A DNA stretch of 64,000 nt from a virus: positions 101,480 through 165,479 of IMG/VR virus record IMGVR_UViG_3300020442_000007. The stretch is one strand, 5' to 3'. Below are positions 1-13,800 of the stretch, piece by piece (position 1 is the stretch's first letter; every line of letters begins with the position of its first letter). Under the pieces are notes generated by a model. The model saw nothing but the letters and a program-made list of their open reading frames with translations. It was not told where the DNA came from and did not search any database. The position numbers were made by a program, and so were the translations under genes.

Positions 1-1166
1 GAATAAATGTTTTTCCATTTAATAGCATCTGTGCCTAAATTATATGTGTTATGTGCAAGCGGCATAATATCTGTTAATGTGCTTGTACCTGCAACATTTA
101 AAGTACCACCTGCATGTACATTTTTTGCTACACCGATACCACCCTTAGTTACAATAGAACCTGTGCCTATAGTTTCACTTTGTGTTGTTGAATCTATTGA
201 AGCTGTACCGCTTGCTTTGATATTTCCTGTTACGTCAAGTGCTTCGTCTGGTGCAGTATTATTGATACCTACTCTTAGATTTGAATCTACTCTTAATACA
301 GTAGTTAAAATGCCGTTATTTTTTACTCTTATATCAATATTAGAACCTTCAATCTGATGTTGAATAACTCCTGCAGATCCTTCAATACCAATGTTTAATT
401 CTGCATTCAGTCCATAATTGATTCCTGTATTATTTTGAATATTGATTGGATAATTTGTTGTACTAACAACATCTGCTCTTAAGAAATTTGATGCAGCGAT
501 AGCAGAACCTGCTACTACTAAACTTTCTGCTTTTTCGCTTATGCCTCTATATTTTAAACTACCTGCTCCTGTAATATCTTTATCACTTAAATTAATTCCT
601 GGCGATATTGTCGAAAAGCCTTCAATAGCTGTTTTAGGAGTAAACGAATTTGTACTTATAATTGCGGCAGGTTTAGATAGTACATCAAGTTGTATTACTG
701 TGTAGGATACATTATCTGTACCTATAATATTAGCTGGTGTTACTCCAGTTGCTAAACCGTCACTAAATTCAGGACCAATAAGAACCCAACCAGAACCAGA
801 AAACAAATATAATTGTTGATTATCAGTATCAACCCATAAATCACCAAGTTGTGATGCTGATACATCAGGTGCAGAAACTGCTTTTTTAATTCCTGCTGCA
901 GATACCCAGTTAGTGCCATCGTAAACTTTTAGCGTTTCAGAGCCTGCTGTATTATCGTACCATAACTGTCCTTCTACACCATTACTAGGTGCAGTATTAA
1001 AAGCAAAATTTTCTAATAGATGTAAAAAATTTGTTGCAATGGCGCTACCGTATGCAGTAGTATTTCTACCAGGCAACCGTAAAGATGTAGTAGTATTTAA
1101 TGTGTTATCTTCTAATACTATTGTGCCTTTATTAGCGGCATCTGTGTATGAAATAGTATACGCCAT
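1..1166 (-). CDS. Tail fibre/baseplate-associated structural protein, truncated by the window edge
   Basis: Not in the ORF track because it runs off the window. ATG at 1166, open to the edge: MAYTISYTDAANKGTIVLEDNTLNTTTSLRLPGRN...NFLHLLENFA...EGQLWYD...GDLWVD...RVGINNTAPDEALDVTGN. These motifs are typical of phage fibre proteins. Confidence 0.75.
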   Translation of the reverse strand, partial: MAYTISYTDAANKGTIVLEDNTLNTTTSLRLPGRNTTAYGSAIATNFLHLLENFAFNTAPSNGVEGQLWYDNTAGSETLKVYDGTNWVSAAGIKKAVSAPDVSASQLGDLWVDTDNQQLYLFSGSGWVLIGPEFSDGLATGVTPANIIGTDNVSYTVIQLDVLSKPAAIISTNSFTPKTAIEGFSTISPGINLSDKDITGAGSLKYRGISEKAESLVVAGSAIAASNFLRADVVSTTNYPINIQNNTGINYGLNAELNIGIEGSAGVIQHQIEGSNIDIRVKNNGILTTVLRVDSNLRVGINNTAPDEALDVTGNIKASGTASIDSTTQSETIGTGSIVTKGGIGVAKNVHAGGTLNVAGTSTLTDIMPLAHNTYNLGTDAIKWKNIY

Positions 1167-1170
1167 CTAT

Positions 1171-1785
1171 CTACGCCTCATTAAAACCAGTTAAACTTTG
1201 TACTCTAACTGTGTAGTCAATTTGTATTAGTCTATTAAGAGACTTTTGTACAGGATGGAAAATTACATGTGTCAGTAATCTACCTGCGCCATCAGCTGAA
1301 TATGCCTTAAGTCCTAATTCATCAAAAACATATAAACTAGATCCATCAGTTGCAGTATCATATGCATCTTGCCCACTAGGCTCACTATAATCTAGCAAAC
1401 ATGTAACTAAAACATCTGTGTAGTTTGTACCACTTACGTGTCTTGTTTCAATTTTATTTCTGACAGGATCTAAATTATTAACACTACGATCATCTACTAC
1501 TTTAGTATGTGTTTGATTATATAAACTTGCATTTGTGCCTGTTGAATTTGGTGTTAAGTATGTAATAATTCCAGTAGGATCAACACTTGTACCACCATTT
1601 CCAAAACTCATTTCATATATCCAACCTGCACCTCCGTTGCCTATGCTTTCTGCAAGACTTAAACTCATATTTTCATAATGGATTGCATTACGCTTATCTA
1701 CAAACGTATGATTAGACTCTGGATCGTGGATTTTGATGTGTCCTTGTATCAAAACTCCGCTCATATCATGTAAATTGTCTGTCAT
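1171..1785 (-). CDS. Conserved virion protein, probably a baseplate wedge component
   Basis: 218-aa ORF in the track; the likelier start is ATG 1785 (MTDNLHDM), downstream of the TAAATA at 1805-1810. Motifs GHIKIHD, KRNAIHYEN, FDELGL, HVIFHPVQKS. Adjacent to the wedge genes. Confidence 0.65.
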   Translation of the reverse strand: MTDNLHDMSGVLIQGHIKIHDPESNHTFVDKRNAIHYENMSLSLAESIGNGGAGWIYEMSFGNGGTSVDPTGIITYLTPNSTGTNASLYNQTHTKVVDDRSVNNLDPVRNKIETRHVSGTNYTDVLVTCLLDYSEPSGQDAYDTATDGSSLYVFDELGLKAYSADGAGRLLTHVIFHPVQKSLNRLIQIDYTVRVQSLTGFNEA

Positions 1786-1804
1786 ATTATTTTTCCTGTC
1801 ATTG

Positions 1805-1810
1805 TATTTA
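1805..1810 (-). promoter_or_regulatory. Late (gp55-type) promoter core TAAATA
   Basis: gaTAAATAc on the minus strand, overlapping the TAA stop of the 5186-aa gene, about 20 nt before ATG 1785. Confidence 0.6.
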
Positions 1811-4800
1811 TCGAGGTAAGTCAACACTTGTAGCTCGTAAGAATCTTCCTATATCAGAATCTGCTTGGCTAAGTGGTTCACCTGGATCTGTCCATATTTT
1901 TCCTTGTTTTCGTATAATTATAACCTTTTGATTTTCTCCTGGAGTATTAAGTAAAGTAACAGTACTACCCGCTAGTGTAAATTCTGCTGGTAAAGTTTCG
2001 TCACCTTCTGGACTATCTTGGGCTATACTACTTGTTGTTACACCATTAATTGTAGTTTCAAACTTATAAGATGCTATTGCATTTTTTCTTAACCGCTTTC
2101 CTGCTACAAATACATCAAACTCGTTCACTCCGTTAGCTCCCGGTGTAAAATCTAATTCAAACGTAGAACTTGTACCGTCTGCTGTAAATACTGTGCTTAT
2201 TGTTTCGTCTTTGTAAGGCATTGAAGCATCAATACTTTGATCATATACTTCTGTACCATGTGTATGTATATCTTTTACACCTGTACCTAATGTGCCTCTT
2301 TGTAATTGTTTTAACAAATTTCCTTCTTTTTGTCTATATTCAATTCTCTCTCCATTAACAAATACTATGCCTGGATATTCAGAACCTTCTGTAGGATTAG
2401 TAATGCCACTTGCATCAACAAGTTCTATAACTTTATCATATGGTTTAAGATCTTTTCCTAAAATATAATTTTTGTCTCCATCTATTCTCTTGTAGTGTGT
2501 CCTATTCAACATATCCTTAAATTGTCTAAAACCAAATTTTGTAATAACAGTTGGATTACCAAAATGTAAAACCTCTATCCTATCTCCTTGAGACAAAGGA
2601 CTGACTAATTTTACAAAATTCTTATCTGTTGTAACACTATAATCTACATCAGGTTTTAACAACTTATTGTTTAGTATAACCCAAACGTATTTAGAATCAA
2701 CAGCTTGATTTCTTAATTTAAATAAACCTGCTCTTAAATTATTTAAGAAATAATAATCTGCACTTCCTTTAGTTATAGGAGTGTTTTCTTGAACTGTGTA
2801 TGATTCTCTTGAAAATTTCTGTGCAGTACTGTTACTAAATTGGAATACTCTCATTCTTGTACCAATTGGTCTGTCGACTTCAAAAGAGCAAATAGTCGGC
2901 GTCGGCACAAACACAGATGATGAATCACCTTGTTGCTCAAAGTATCCAAACCTATATTGACTTTCGGTGATAATATATACAAGGAGTTTATCACCTGCTA
3001 CACCTACTCCGTCTGCTAATTTTACTGTGTTACCTTTCTGTTGGTCTAAAGGTGTATCACTATCAAACGCTTCTGCTGATATAAATGTCCAATCAGTTGT
3101 ATAAGTCAATTCTCTACCATTTAGATATACTTGAACTTGTGCGGCTTGGATTAATGCAATTGGTATCTGCCAAAGGTCTAATTTATATTCATTTTCAGCA
3201 GATACTGTAAATTCTTGATTGTACCCTGAATGTAATATATCGTCACCTACTTGTACAAGTGTATGTATACCCGAAGGACCATATGAAAAAGGTGCTTGAC
3301 TTAAAACAAGTGTATCATTTCCTTGCGGTGTTGTTGCAATAAAGTCATCCACTACTACTTGACTGAAAGAATCTATTTCATTACCGTCGCCTATAAACAA
3401 CGCATATCGTACAACATCTCCTGCTTGAAGAGGACTTGCTAATACTAACTCTACATTGTTAGGATATTCACCTGTACTTTTTGTTAAAACAGCATCTAGT
3501 TTTTTTCCATTACTTGTAGCTATTCCTTGTACATTATCTGTCCATCTAACATTTGTTTCAAACGTATTTGAACTTCCATCACTTACAAAACTATCTATAT
3601 CTAATATTTGCAATCCTGCTACTTCGACTAAGGTTAAATTTATTTTTGCACCATCTGCAGGTGCTACTTCAAAGTCTACAGTTTTATTTGCATAATTTAC
3701 TTTGTATCCTAGCGTAGAATCATCTGTTGTCGGCTCCATAATATCCGAATCAACTTTAACAAACAATGAACTACCTGTGAAAGGTGATTTACCTATGTCA
3801 AATGATTTTGTAGATCCATCACCAGTATGATTTCTATTTACAACAATACTGCTTCCACCTACTGGTCTTTCAAACACTGAAATATCTACAGCATCAATTA
3901 CTTGTCCTGGTACAACTTCTTCTGGACCTTTGCTTGTTGTTGGAGTAACAAAGCCGTCGCCGTCTATTGTAATATCTTCTGCTTTTAAACCTGTAGCTGA
4001 ATTATAAGCAAGAGATCCTCCGCTAATAGATGTGTCATAACTTTCTGGGTCATTAATAAAGCTACCATCACTAGTTTCTTTTCTTACAATAATTACATCA
4101 TCAGCTTGCGTAGGTACTTCGTATTCTTGTAATTCTATTACAGTAGTAACTCCGTCTCCTGTAATACTCTGCATAATTGCATTAGGATTTTTAATTAATG
4201 TAGAATCATAATTAGGTTCTGGTGCCCAATTAGGATCATCTAACCTAATACCATTTCTATATAAATTATAAACTACACCATTTTCTAATGGTTTGCTTAA
4301 AGTAATGCTAATTGTACTACCGTCTAATTTAAATACTTCATCTTCGTATGTAGTATCATATGTATCCCAAGAATCTGTAAACCAAGGAGCAGAGTCCCAA
4401 CCAGTGTTACCGCCAAATTCAAAACTTTTTACTTCAACACCGCCATAGTCAATACCGTCCATTACTTGTGATAAATCATTACCAAATTGACCTGCAACAG
4501 GATTGTATTCTAAACTAACTCTATCAGAAGCTGTCAAATATTCTACAGGTTTTTTGTAATTTATAACAATTGAAGTATTACTAGCAGGAGGTTTAGTAAA
4601 AGTTACTCTACCAAAATATCTATCATAACCTTTTGAAGTGTCTTTTACATTTTCATATGTATATTCACTTTGCAATGCAAGTTCGCCCGATACAGTAATT
4701 TCTACAGTATTTGTTCTCAAATCCATAGGAAATATTAAATCAAATATATAAGCACTACCACTACCTACAAATGTTTGTGTTTCGCTTAATTTTGTTACAA

Positions 4801-7800
4801 CAAATTTTCCTGTAACTCTGTCAAATTTGACTGTTGTGTGCATTCCTCTTACTAAGCCATCGCCTAGCACGGCAATTAATCTTGCTGGTCTACCTCCTTC
4901 GGATATAGAACCGTTAATTTCTACTACTGGAGGATTTAAATAACCAGTACCTTGATTTGTTATTTCTACAGATGCTATTTTTCCGCCTTGTCCTAATTTG
5001 GCTAAAGCTGTAGCTCCTGTACCTGTTTCTGAAGTAGACAGGTCTTGTCCAACAAATTTTAATACAGGAGGTTGTGTATATCCGCTACCTGCATCTGCAA
5101 TTTCAATACGCTTAATTTTGTAGGATAAATTATCAACCCAATTTTTATTAGGATAGGTTGTTAAATCAGTATCAGTCCCTACTATTGCGTTATCTATAAC
5201 TTTAACAGCAGGTGGTATAATAGACTTACTTGAATTATCATACCTTGGCGGTAAATCAAAATCAGTCACTAGATTTGATGCAACATTAAGCTGATTGTAA
5301 TCACTTATATATTCGCGTAACTTACTCTTGAATGGTTTTACTTCTTTTAGATACTCTTCGTAACTAGGTAAATTGTCATTTTGGAATGTAATTTTTTTAC
5401 TTAAATCTCCGACATTGTGTCTTGCTTTAATAAAGCTCGTCTTAAATGCCCAATCAACTAATCCCTGTTCCGCAAAAACATATTTCAAACTTGATAAAAA
5501 CAAATTATTATATTCTACTGCAAGTTCATCTACAAATAGATTATCTCTTAATGCTTCTAAAATTATTCTTGTCTCTTTTACTGGCTGTACATCATATACT
5601 TTAATATCATAACTTGCACTATCAAATCCTGAACCAACCGCTGTGTTAAATAGAGATGGTAAAAATCTTATAGTTCCGTTTTGACGTCCTATTGTTTTAT
5701 AATTCCTTGTATAATCAATTGAATCAGCATTATCTATCTTTTCTAATAGAAGCCAACCGCCTGATCCAACGTTTGCTATTTTAACAATATCGCCAGTTGT
5801 GTCATCTATAGATTCTAATTCATAACTAGAATTTATTAAGTGATTAATTGTTGTGAATTCATTATATCCTGTGTCATACCAATCTATATACTCCCAGAAT
5901 AAAGATACATCAAATACTTGACTTTGTTTTCTTACCCACAGAGTGTTGTTTACATTTCTTTCATATATTGACCATTTTCCAGATAATGTACTGTCGCTGT
6001 TTACTAAGACTGCAAATCTTCTTACTGACAATGTTGTTAATGTTGAACTATAACCGCTACCTTGAGAATCCACTGTTGCAGATATAACTGCACCTACATT
6101 GTTTAATGTCAAAGTAATATTTGCGGCTGTTTCAAAATTTCCAGTTATTTCTACTGTAGGCACAACTTTATAGCCTCTACCAGGATCATCAATTGTTACC
6201 CTTACTATTTTACCATCTACAATTACCGGAGTCAAAATCGCTTGCTTCACTTTAGCTGTACCTACAAATTCTAAATCTTCAAATGTATCTACAGCTAAAT
6301 CATATGTGTTGCCAGCTGCTAACGGCGCCGCTTGTTTAGAAAGTAACGGTGTAATAATTTTATCATCTACAATTAAATTTTCTTTAAGTACAAGATTGGC
6401 TCTATCAATAACTTGCTTAAGAGCTTCTGTTTTATTTACAAACCAGGATTGCCTTGGATCATTTAAAATTCCATATTTTTCCTTAGCTGATAAATTCGGA
6501 TCTGGTACTATTCTGCCAGCATCATCGTATCCAATTAAACTATCAAACCATTTTCTTTCTATATCAGCATTTGGTTTGCTTGTATCTAAACCAGCAGTAT
6601 ATAATTGATATTGGTTGTGTATGTTTATATCTTGATTTTCAATAGTCCAATATTGTATACTTAATGCAACTTCTTTATCTTTTAATAAACTTTCACAATT
6701 ATGTATAACAAAGCTAGTTGGACTTATAAAGTTTATAAATCTATAGCCCATACTTGCAGGATCATCAATATATTTTGCTACATTAAATGCACTTAATTTT
6801 CTTGATTCTAATCTTGGAGCAGTAATTTTGCCTTTTACCCAATAATAATATTTTGTAGAAAATGTTTGTGCAACATCGTCGTAGATTCTTCTAGTTGAAT
6901 ATATTGTATCATCATATTTTGTAGTGCCACTAATACCTTCTGTGACTCCTTCTGCAGATGCAGATAAAGTATTCCATTCTGAAGGAAGTAATGTAGTTTC
7001 AACCCATTCATACACATCAATGCTGTTGCCGGTAAATTGTGTGTTCCAATTATTAACACTATAAATTGTGTTGTTCTGATAAGGATTTAAAAATTTAGTA
7101 GTAGATAAATCCCACCAAAGCTCTCCAACTTGATTTTCTCCCCATACTTCAGATTTGCTTGTATTAACATCTGATGTACCAACTGTATATACAGCTGGAT
7201 CATAATGCAATTTATAACTTAATTCTTGTTCTGCAATACCTGGAATTTTTCCTTGTATAGGATCTACATAATCTAAATAGCTTACTAATTTATTTTCTTT
7301 TGTATTATACAACAATACTTTTTTAATTTTTGCAACGTCTACTGTATCTTTAGGTTGAGAATGTGTTTTCCAAATATTAGCAGTTGGTTCTTTTCTATAA
7401 TCTATAACTGCACCATTTTCTCCATCAGCCACAGTCTGTTTTGGTAATCCAACATATACATGACTATTATTTGTGTATAAGTTCATACCAAAATCTTTAA
7501 TGCTATTACTAGAATCTGAATTTGCAACTGCTTGCGTTGAATCTTGTAGTTCGTCGTATGCTAATTTCTGGCCATAAACTAAATTTCCGCTAATATTTTC
7601 ATATAGATATACAACACCAGTATCGACAAATTTCTTTGCAAATGTAGTAAAATTATTATCCCAAGTTGTTTGCGGCACCCCTTCTGTTGAATCAAATGTA
7701 GTTTTTGCATCTGAGTCGGCATTCTTTGCAGTAATAGCTAGAATGTTTTCATCAAACGCTAATCTAATACCAAATAGTTCAACTTTTTCGTTTGCTCTAC

Positions 7801-10800
7801 TATAAAGTGTTTGAGACAATTCAAACATTCCTGTAGCAGTATTTTTCTTTAGCACAAAGACTCTACCTTGATCGATTTGTATACGAGACGGGTCTTCTTC
7901 GCTACGTTGTGTTTCAGCAAACGGCTCACCTATTGCAATAATGTTACCATCACTGCTAAGTGCTATATCAGCACCCCACAAAGTTTTACCTGTCGACCAT
8001 AAATCAAGATCTACAGCATTCAAAGGTGCAGGAAAGCTGTTTTCTAATATACTTTGACTTCTTTGATAATTTCCGTTCTTGTTTCTATATACGACTACTT
8101 GTGCTTTATCGCCTCCAGAATATCTAGCTAGACCTATTAATACTTCGCCGTCATCTGAAACATCAATTCTATTAAAATTAAATAATCCACCTTGATCTAA
8201 AATTGTACTCGGATCAGCACTATCAAAAATTGGTTGTATTTCTGTGTTGTTAGGTACATAACCTAAGTAATCTAAAGGTTGTGTCTGTTGTGTCCAATTT
8301 GCTCCATTAAAAATGCCTGGAGATAAATTAGTATTTGCCTTGTAAATACCACGATCTAAATATATAATATCTCCTGTTTGGTAACTTACCAATGGAGAAA
8401 ACGTACCTTGAAATTTCTTATCTTTTGCAAGTTCCCAATCCCAAACATCTCCGTTTATATCTGTGCCATTCTTTATAAAATACGTTCGTCCAGGTATAAA
8501 TGTGCTATCATCAAGTTCTTTTCCTATATTCCTAAAATCTCTTAATCTAGTGTAATCTTGTCCTGCGTGAACAAAAAGCCTGTAAAGATCATTTTGTTTT
8601 GCAGTTTTAATTTCAGAACCTAAATAAAAATCTTCATGTGCTTCTGGTACAATATAACTTCTTAAAAACTGGAATCTATTTGTGTTACCAGTTCCAAATA
8701 CTGAATACATTCCTTGATTTTCAAAGGTACTTGCTGTTGCTCCGGACACAGCAGGAATACTATAAACGTTTATCCAATCATTATTTCCTGCACTAGGTAA
8801 ATTTGCGGATACAGGCACACCTGCTACTGTATTTTCTTCATAAAACCAATACTCTGTATCAATCTGTCTTGAAACTGACGGAATATCTATATTTTCACCT
8901 GAATCAATTACAATTAATTTACCTATTCCTTCAGCTGAAAGTCCTAATGATTTCTTTTGTATTTCGCCCATTACCCTGTCAACTTGATAAATTGGACTTG
9001 TATCTGTAGGCACCCCTATAAATTTAATTTCTGCATTGTTACCAAACTGTGATCCATTTGAAAAATCTCCTACTGCATTTTTTACAAAAATTGTAGCGTT
9101 CAAAGCATCTCGCTGATAGAATGTTACTTCTGCTGTAGCACCTGTTGTAACATCTTGTACAGTATCGCCTATCCTTGGTTCAAAAGGTTCACCAAATAGA
9201 TTAAATTTTGTAAACTGAAACTTTATATAACCGTCCCATAAATCATATACAGTTAATTCTTTGTTTGTTTTCGCATATGATAATCCTATAGCTGAAGGAT
9301 CATTATTCGTTCCTGTTACATATCGTGAAAGGCTAGGAATTAAAAATTTAAATTTATCACCGTTAGACAAAGTATCTGTAAGATCTTTAGGAGCTCTAAT
9401 AACATACAAAGGACTTAAGAAAGGCGTAGTAGCTCCTCCTGCTCCAGGTAATCCTTGATAGCTCAAAGTTTCAATATAACTTGCTAAAGTATCTTCACTC
9501 TGTATTGTACTTGTTTCATAATCACGTGAATTGTAATAATAGTTAGAAGGAGTCGAACTATCAGTAATTGCTTCTTGAAAAACAAGACCTTTGCCTTCAT
9601 CTGATGTTGTTGTAAATATGTTATAGCCGCCTGGGACTGTAAGCATAATGTAACCACCATAGTAACTACTTACATCAATTGTCTCTGCAGGCGCGGATGT
9701 AACATATTCACCAACAAAATCTCCGTTGACTAAAAATAAACTATCAGTACTATCAAAACTACCAGTTATGTTATTTAAATATAAACCTAAACTGCCGCCT
9801 ACTTCATATGAATATGCAACTGTAGCCGAGCCTGTTTGAGTCTGTACCTTATCTCCTGCTACAGGTTGGTTTGTAAATGCATTAATATTAAGAATTAAAT
9901 CTACTTTCATCTGTACTTGATGTACGCTACTAAAGAAAGTTGAGTCTAATTCTGGCATACCTCCGCCTGGAAAAGGCTCTCTACTTGTGTATAAAGATTG
10001 CTCTTGATTTGCTATAGTTTTGCTATTCCACTTTAGTTTTACTTGATCGTTGATATCTAAACCAGCATACATTAACTTAGGTGTTTTAACTAAAACATGA
10101 TCTACATTAATACCTGTAAAAGGATACTTTCCTGTTAGAAGTACGTCCACTTGTTCTGATGCTTCTGTTGTATTTCCAATTGATTCAATTTGTTGAACAA
10201 CACTACCAAAGCTAGTAAATTGAATGCTGTCTGACTGTGGTACAATAGACGTAGTAGCTTTCCATAACTTGTTATTGTATGTTACAATGTCATCTAAAAC
10301 ATAAGCAGAACTAGGATTATAGTTTTGTTTATATCTTGTTTTTACATTACTTGCATTTGGAGAACCAACAACTAAATACTTTCCATCTGCTGTTACTGAA
10401 ACTGCTGAACCAAATTTTTGTAATTTTGGTGGAGTTGTCAAAGGGACAAATTTTGTTACATCAAAATTTTCTCCACCTACGTGTGTTTCACTAACTGTGT
10501 AAAATATATTATTTGCTTTGACTAATTCACCTTCGGTATAAGTCGCACCAGTATAAAATCTTTTAAATGTAAATGCAGTATCTGTTGGTGCGGTTACAAC
10601 CTGAGACAAAACAAAATTAGCACTTGCTGATCCTCTTGTGTATATATAAACTTGACCATCATCTTCGTCTGGAGAACCTACTGCAAGAACTGTATTGTTT
10701 TTATTAGAAGAAATTGCAGTAGCGAAAGTTTCATTAGCAATACTTTCCCCACTACTTACATCTTGTAATTTTTGAAAGGCTTCGCTTGCTTCGTATACTC

Positions 10801-13800
10801 TCCAATTATCTCCGTCTGCTTTATCGACCCAAAATTTAGATTTTACTTGAGCTAATTTTTGTGCTACATCATTTAATTTAGAAAGTGAATCAGTCCTTAC
10901 AGAAACTAGTCTACTTAATCTACCTTTACAATCTTCAATATCATCTACTTTATCAGGACTTATAAAAGTTATTTTTTCTAAGCTAACAGATTTTACTTTA
11001 AAGAATGCACCTATTGCAGATTTACTAGTTGACGCTGTAGCAAATGTGCTATCTGCTTGATCTAAAGTTGTTGAAATTAAATCATATACTCCGAATATAT
11101 CTCCTGCTTTAATATTTTGAGGAGTAGATGTTAATGATACAGTAAATTCAGTTTCACCGCCAGTAACTTTTTCAACTACAAAATCAGTGTCATCATGTCT
11201 GTAAATATTCCAAGTAAGATTATCATTACCTACCCAAATAAGATCACCTTGATTACAATTTGCAAAATCAATATCTAAAATACTATCGAAATCTTTAACA
11301 ATAAATTTTACATCTTCTTGATTTACATATCCACTGTCTTTTGCATATCCTTGTTCAGGAGCAACATATTTCTTTGGAAAAGGAGAATGGTCATAGCCTT
11401 TTGGTTTTAGATAAGTTTCATAAGGTAATATTCTATAAACTAAATCTGTTTCTTCACCAGTTACATTTTTAACAAGCTCAATTGGTTGAGGTGAAAGTCT
11501 AAATTTATCTTCATCTAGTTTATATTCTACTTCATCAAATCCTGCAGCCGCTCCGTATTGGCCTCTTTTAATTGCCCATTCTTCATAAAATTCTAAACTA
11601 TCTTTATCTGCATTTCCAAGAACATCAAATAATTTTGTTAATGCATTTTTTGTACCTTTATCTTGTATAAATCCTTGATAAAATTTATACTGCGATACAT
11701 CATCATTAATAATATTTTCTAAATATTTTCTTTTTTGATATCCAATTAAATGTTGTGCTAATCTTTGCTGTTCGCTATCAAAGTTATCACTGTCTAGATC
11801 ATAAAAATCTGCAAATTGGTTTGTTTTATATTCGAAGTTTGGACTCAATCCTGACTCTGGTTTGTAATCTAATCTAGTCCATTGTGTATCTATGAATGAT
11901 TCTGTACCAGGAACTTTACTGTTTGCTGTATAATAAAATTCTTTATATTTTACTATATCACCTATAAAATAATCTTTGTTAGACTGCCAATCTTCTATAG
12001 TAGCTTGATCATAAACAAATCCTTCAATGTTCAAACTTCCATCCCAATTAGTAGTTCTATAACCAAGAACTTTAATTCTTTCTTGTCTATATCCTGGTTC
12101 TGGATCATAAATTGTATCATTAAACACAGTTTTGTTGTCAAGTAAAACTACATGCTCTTTTTGAACACACGGTAATTTTATAGCAAAAATGCCGTCGGCA
12201 GTATTTTTTGGTCTGAGTATAAATTCATTTGGATCTTGTCTATCAACTTGTACAAAATCACTTGTGAGTTTTTGTCCGTCAACTTTTAATAAAGTATATC
12301 CAAAAAATCCGTCAAAAATATTATCTACTACACTATATTCTGTTCTAAACTTTAATTGGTTTGCACCAGGGCTTAAACTAATGAGTGTGCCTGCTGACCA
12401 ATTATGAAGTGTCCAAAAAGCAAACTCCTTTGTTGATGTCTCCCAATCATCAACAACGCTTGCACTTTTCCTAAAATTATCAAACACAAATCCTATAGAC
12501 TCTAAATACTTGCCATAACCTTGTAAGAAATCACAAACATCTTGTATAGTATTCAATATCGTACCATAAGGTAATTCTAAAGGAGCAAATGTTGCAAATT
12601 CTCTCCTTAAGATTATTTCTCTACCACCCCTTACTGGAACTTTAGGAATTGATGCAAAATTTGATTCCTCAAATGTGTCACCAGCAATGTGCTGTTTTGT
12701 AACTCTATAATATTTTCCAGCTTGTTCAACTATACTTCCTATAGTGTATGTACGTCCACCTTCAAATTCTAAAAATGATTCTGTAGTACCTCCTACTGTA
12801 ACTACAGGATCTCTATCTCTTTCAAAATGAGGAAAATATTTAAATGCCGTTGTACTGTCATCGTAGCCTTTGATCTTATAACCATTTGGTCTTTTTTCGA
12901 TCATTACACCACTATAACTTATTGTTTTTACAGGTGCACTTTTATTTAAAAATATGCTATAGTTTTCATCAGGAACAAAAACGTTTCCTTCATTTAAAGG
13001 AGTTCTACTATCTAAAATAAGTTTAAATTTATTCTTATCTGTATATCCTCCAACTTTAAAACCAATTTGATTTGTAATATTTTGAATATTATTTTTATAC
13101 TGACTATATGATGTAGTAACACTAGAAGCCATATAACCTGCAATATAATTTATTAAACCAGAAGTATAAGTTTGCGTAGTATCTAAGTGTGTGTTTGGAA
13201 ACACTAAACTAGATAATTTTATTTGATTACTCTGTGTTTTGTAAATAATCTGTTGTGTTAAATTTCTTATTTGATTAGCTCTATCAAATCCTGTTGCTAA
13301 CACTTTAGATGGCTGACTCAATGTCCAAGCTGTAATTAAACTAAATGGATATTCACTACTTCTTCTCCAAGCAGTCTCTACAGGTGCTTCATCGCCAAAT
13401 TTAAATGAATCGCCTAATTTAGCAGAATCAAAACTTTGTACATATCCTGAGTCATTTGGACTTATTAAATTTCCGCTTTCGTTTACAGGAATATAATCTA
13501 ATAATCCTGGTCGTTTATACTTGTTTAAAATTTTAATTTTTTTGTTTGGTTCTCTTACAACACCATTTTGTAGATCAGTCCATAAAACTAAATTATCTTT
13601 TGTATATGGTGCTGGCCCATATTGTGCGTCCCACCAAGTGGGTTTAATTGTAAATCCAAGCATTTCCCATGGGTGTGTATGAGGTCTGTCTGTGTCAAAT
13701 GCATGTCTATATACACCTCGCCAAAATCCTGGCATAGTAGTGCCATTTGGTGATGCCGCAGTTCCATAATTAAATGTAAAAGTATTTGTTCTATTGTAAA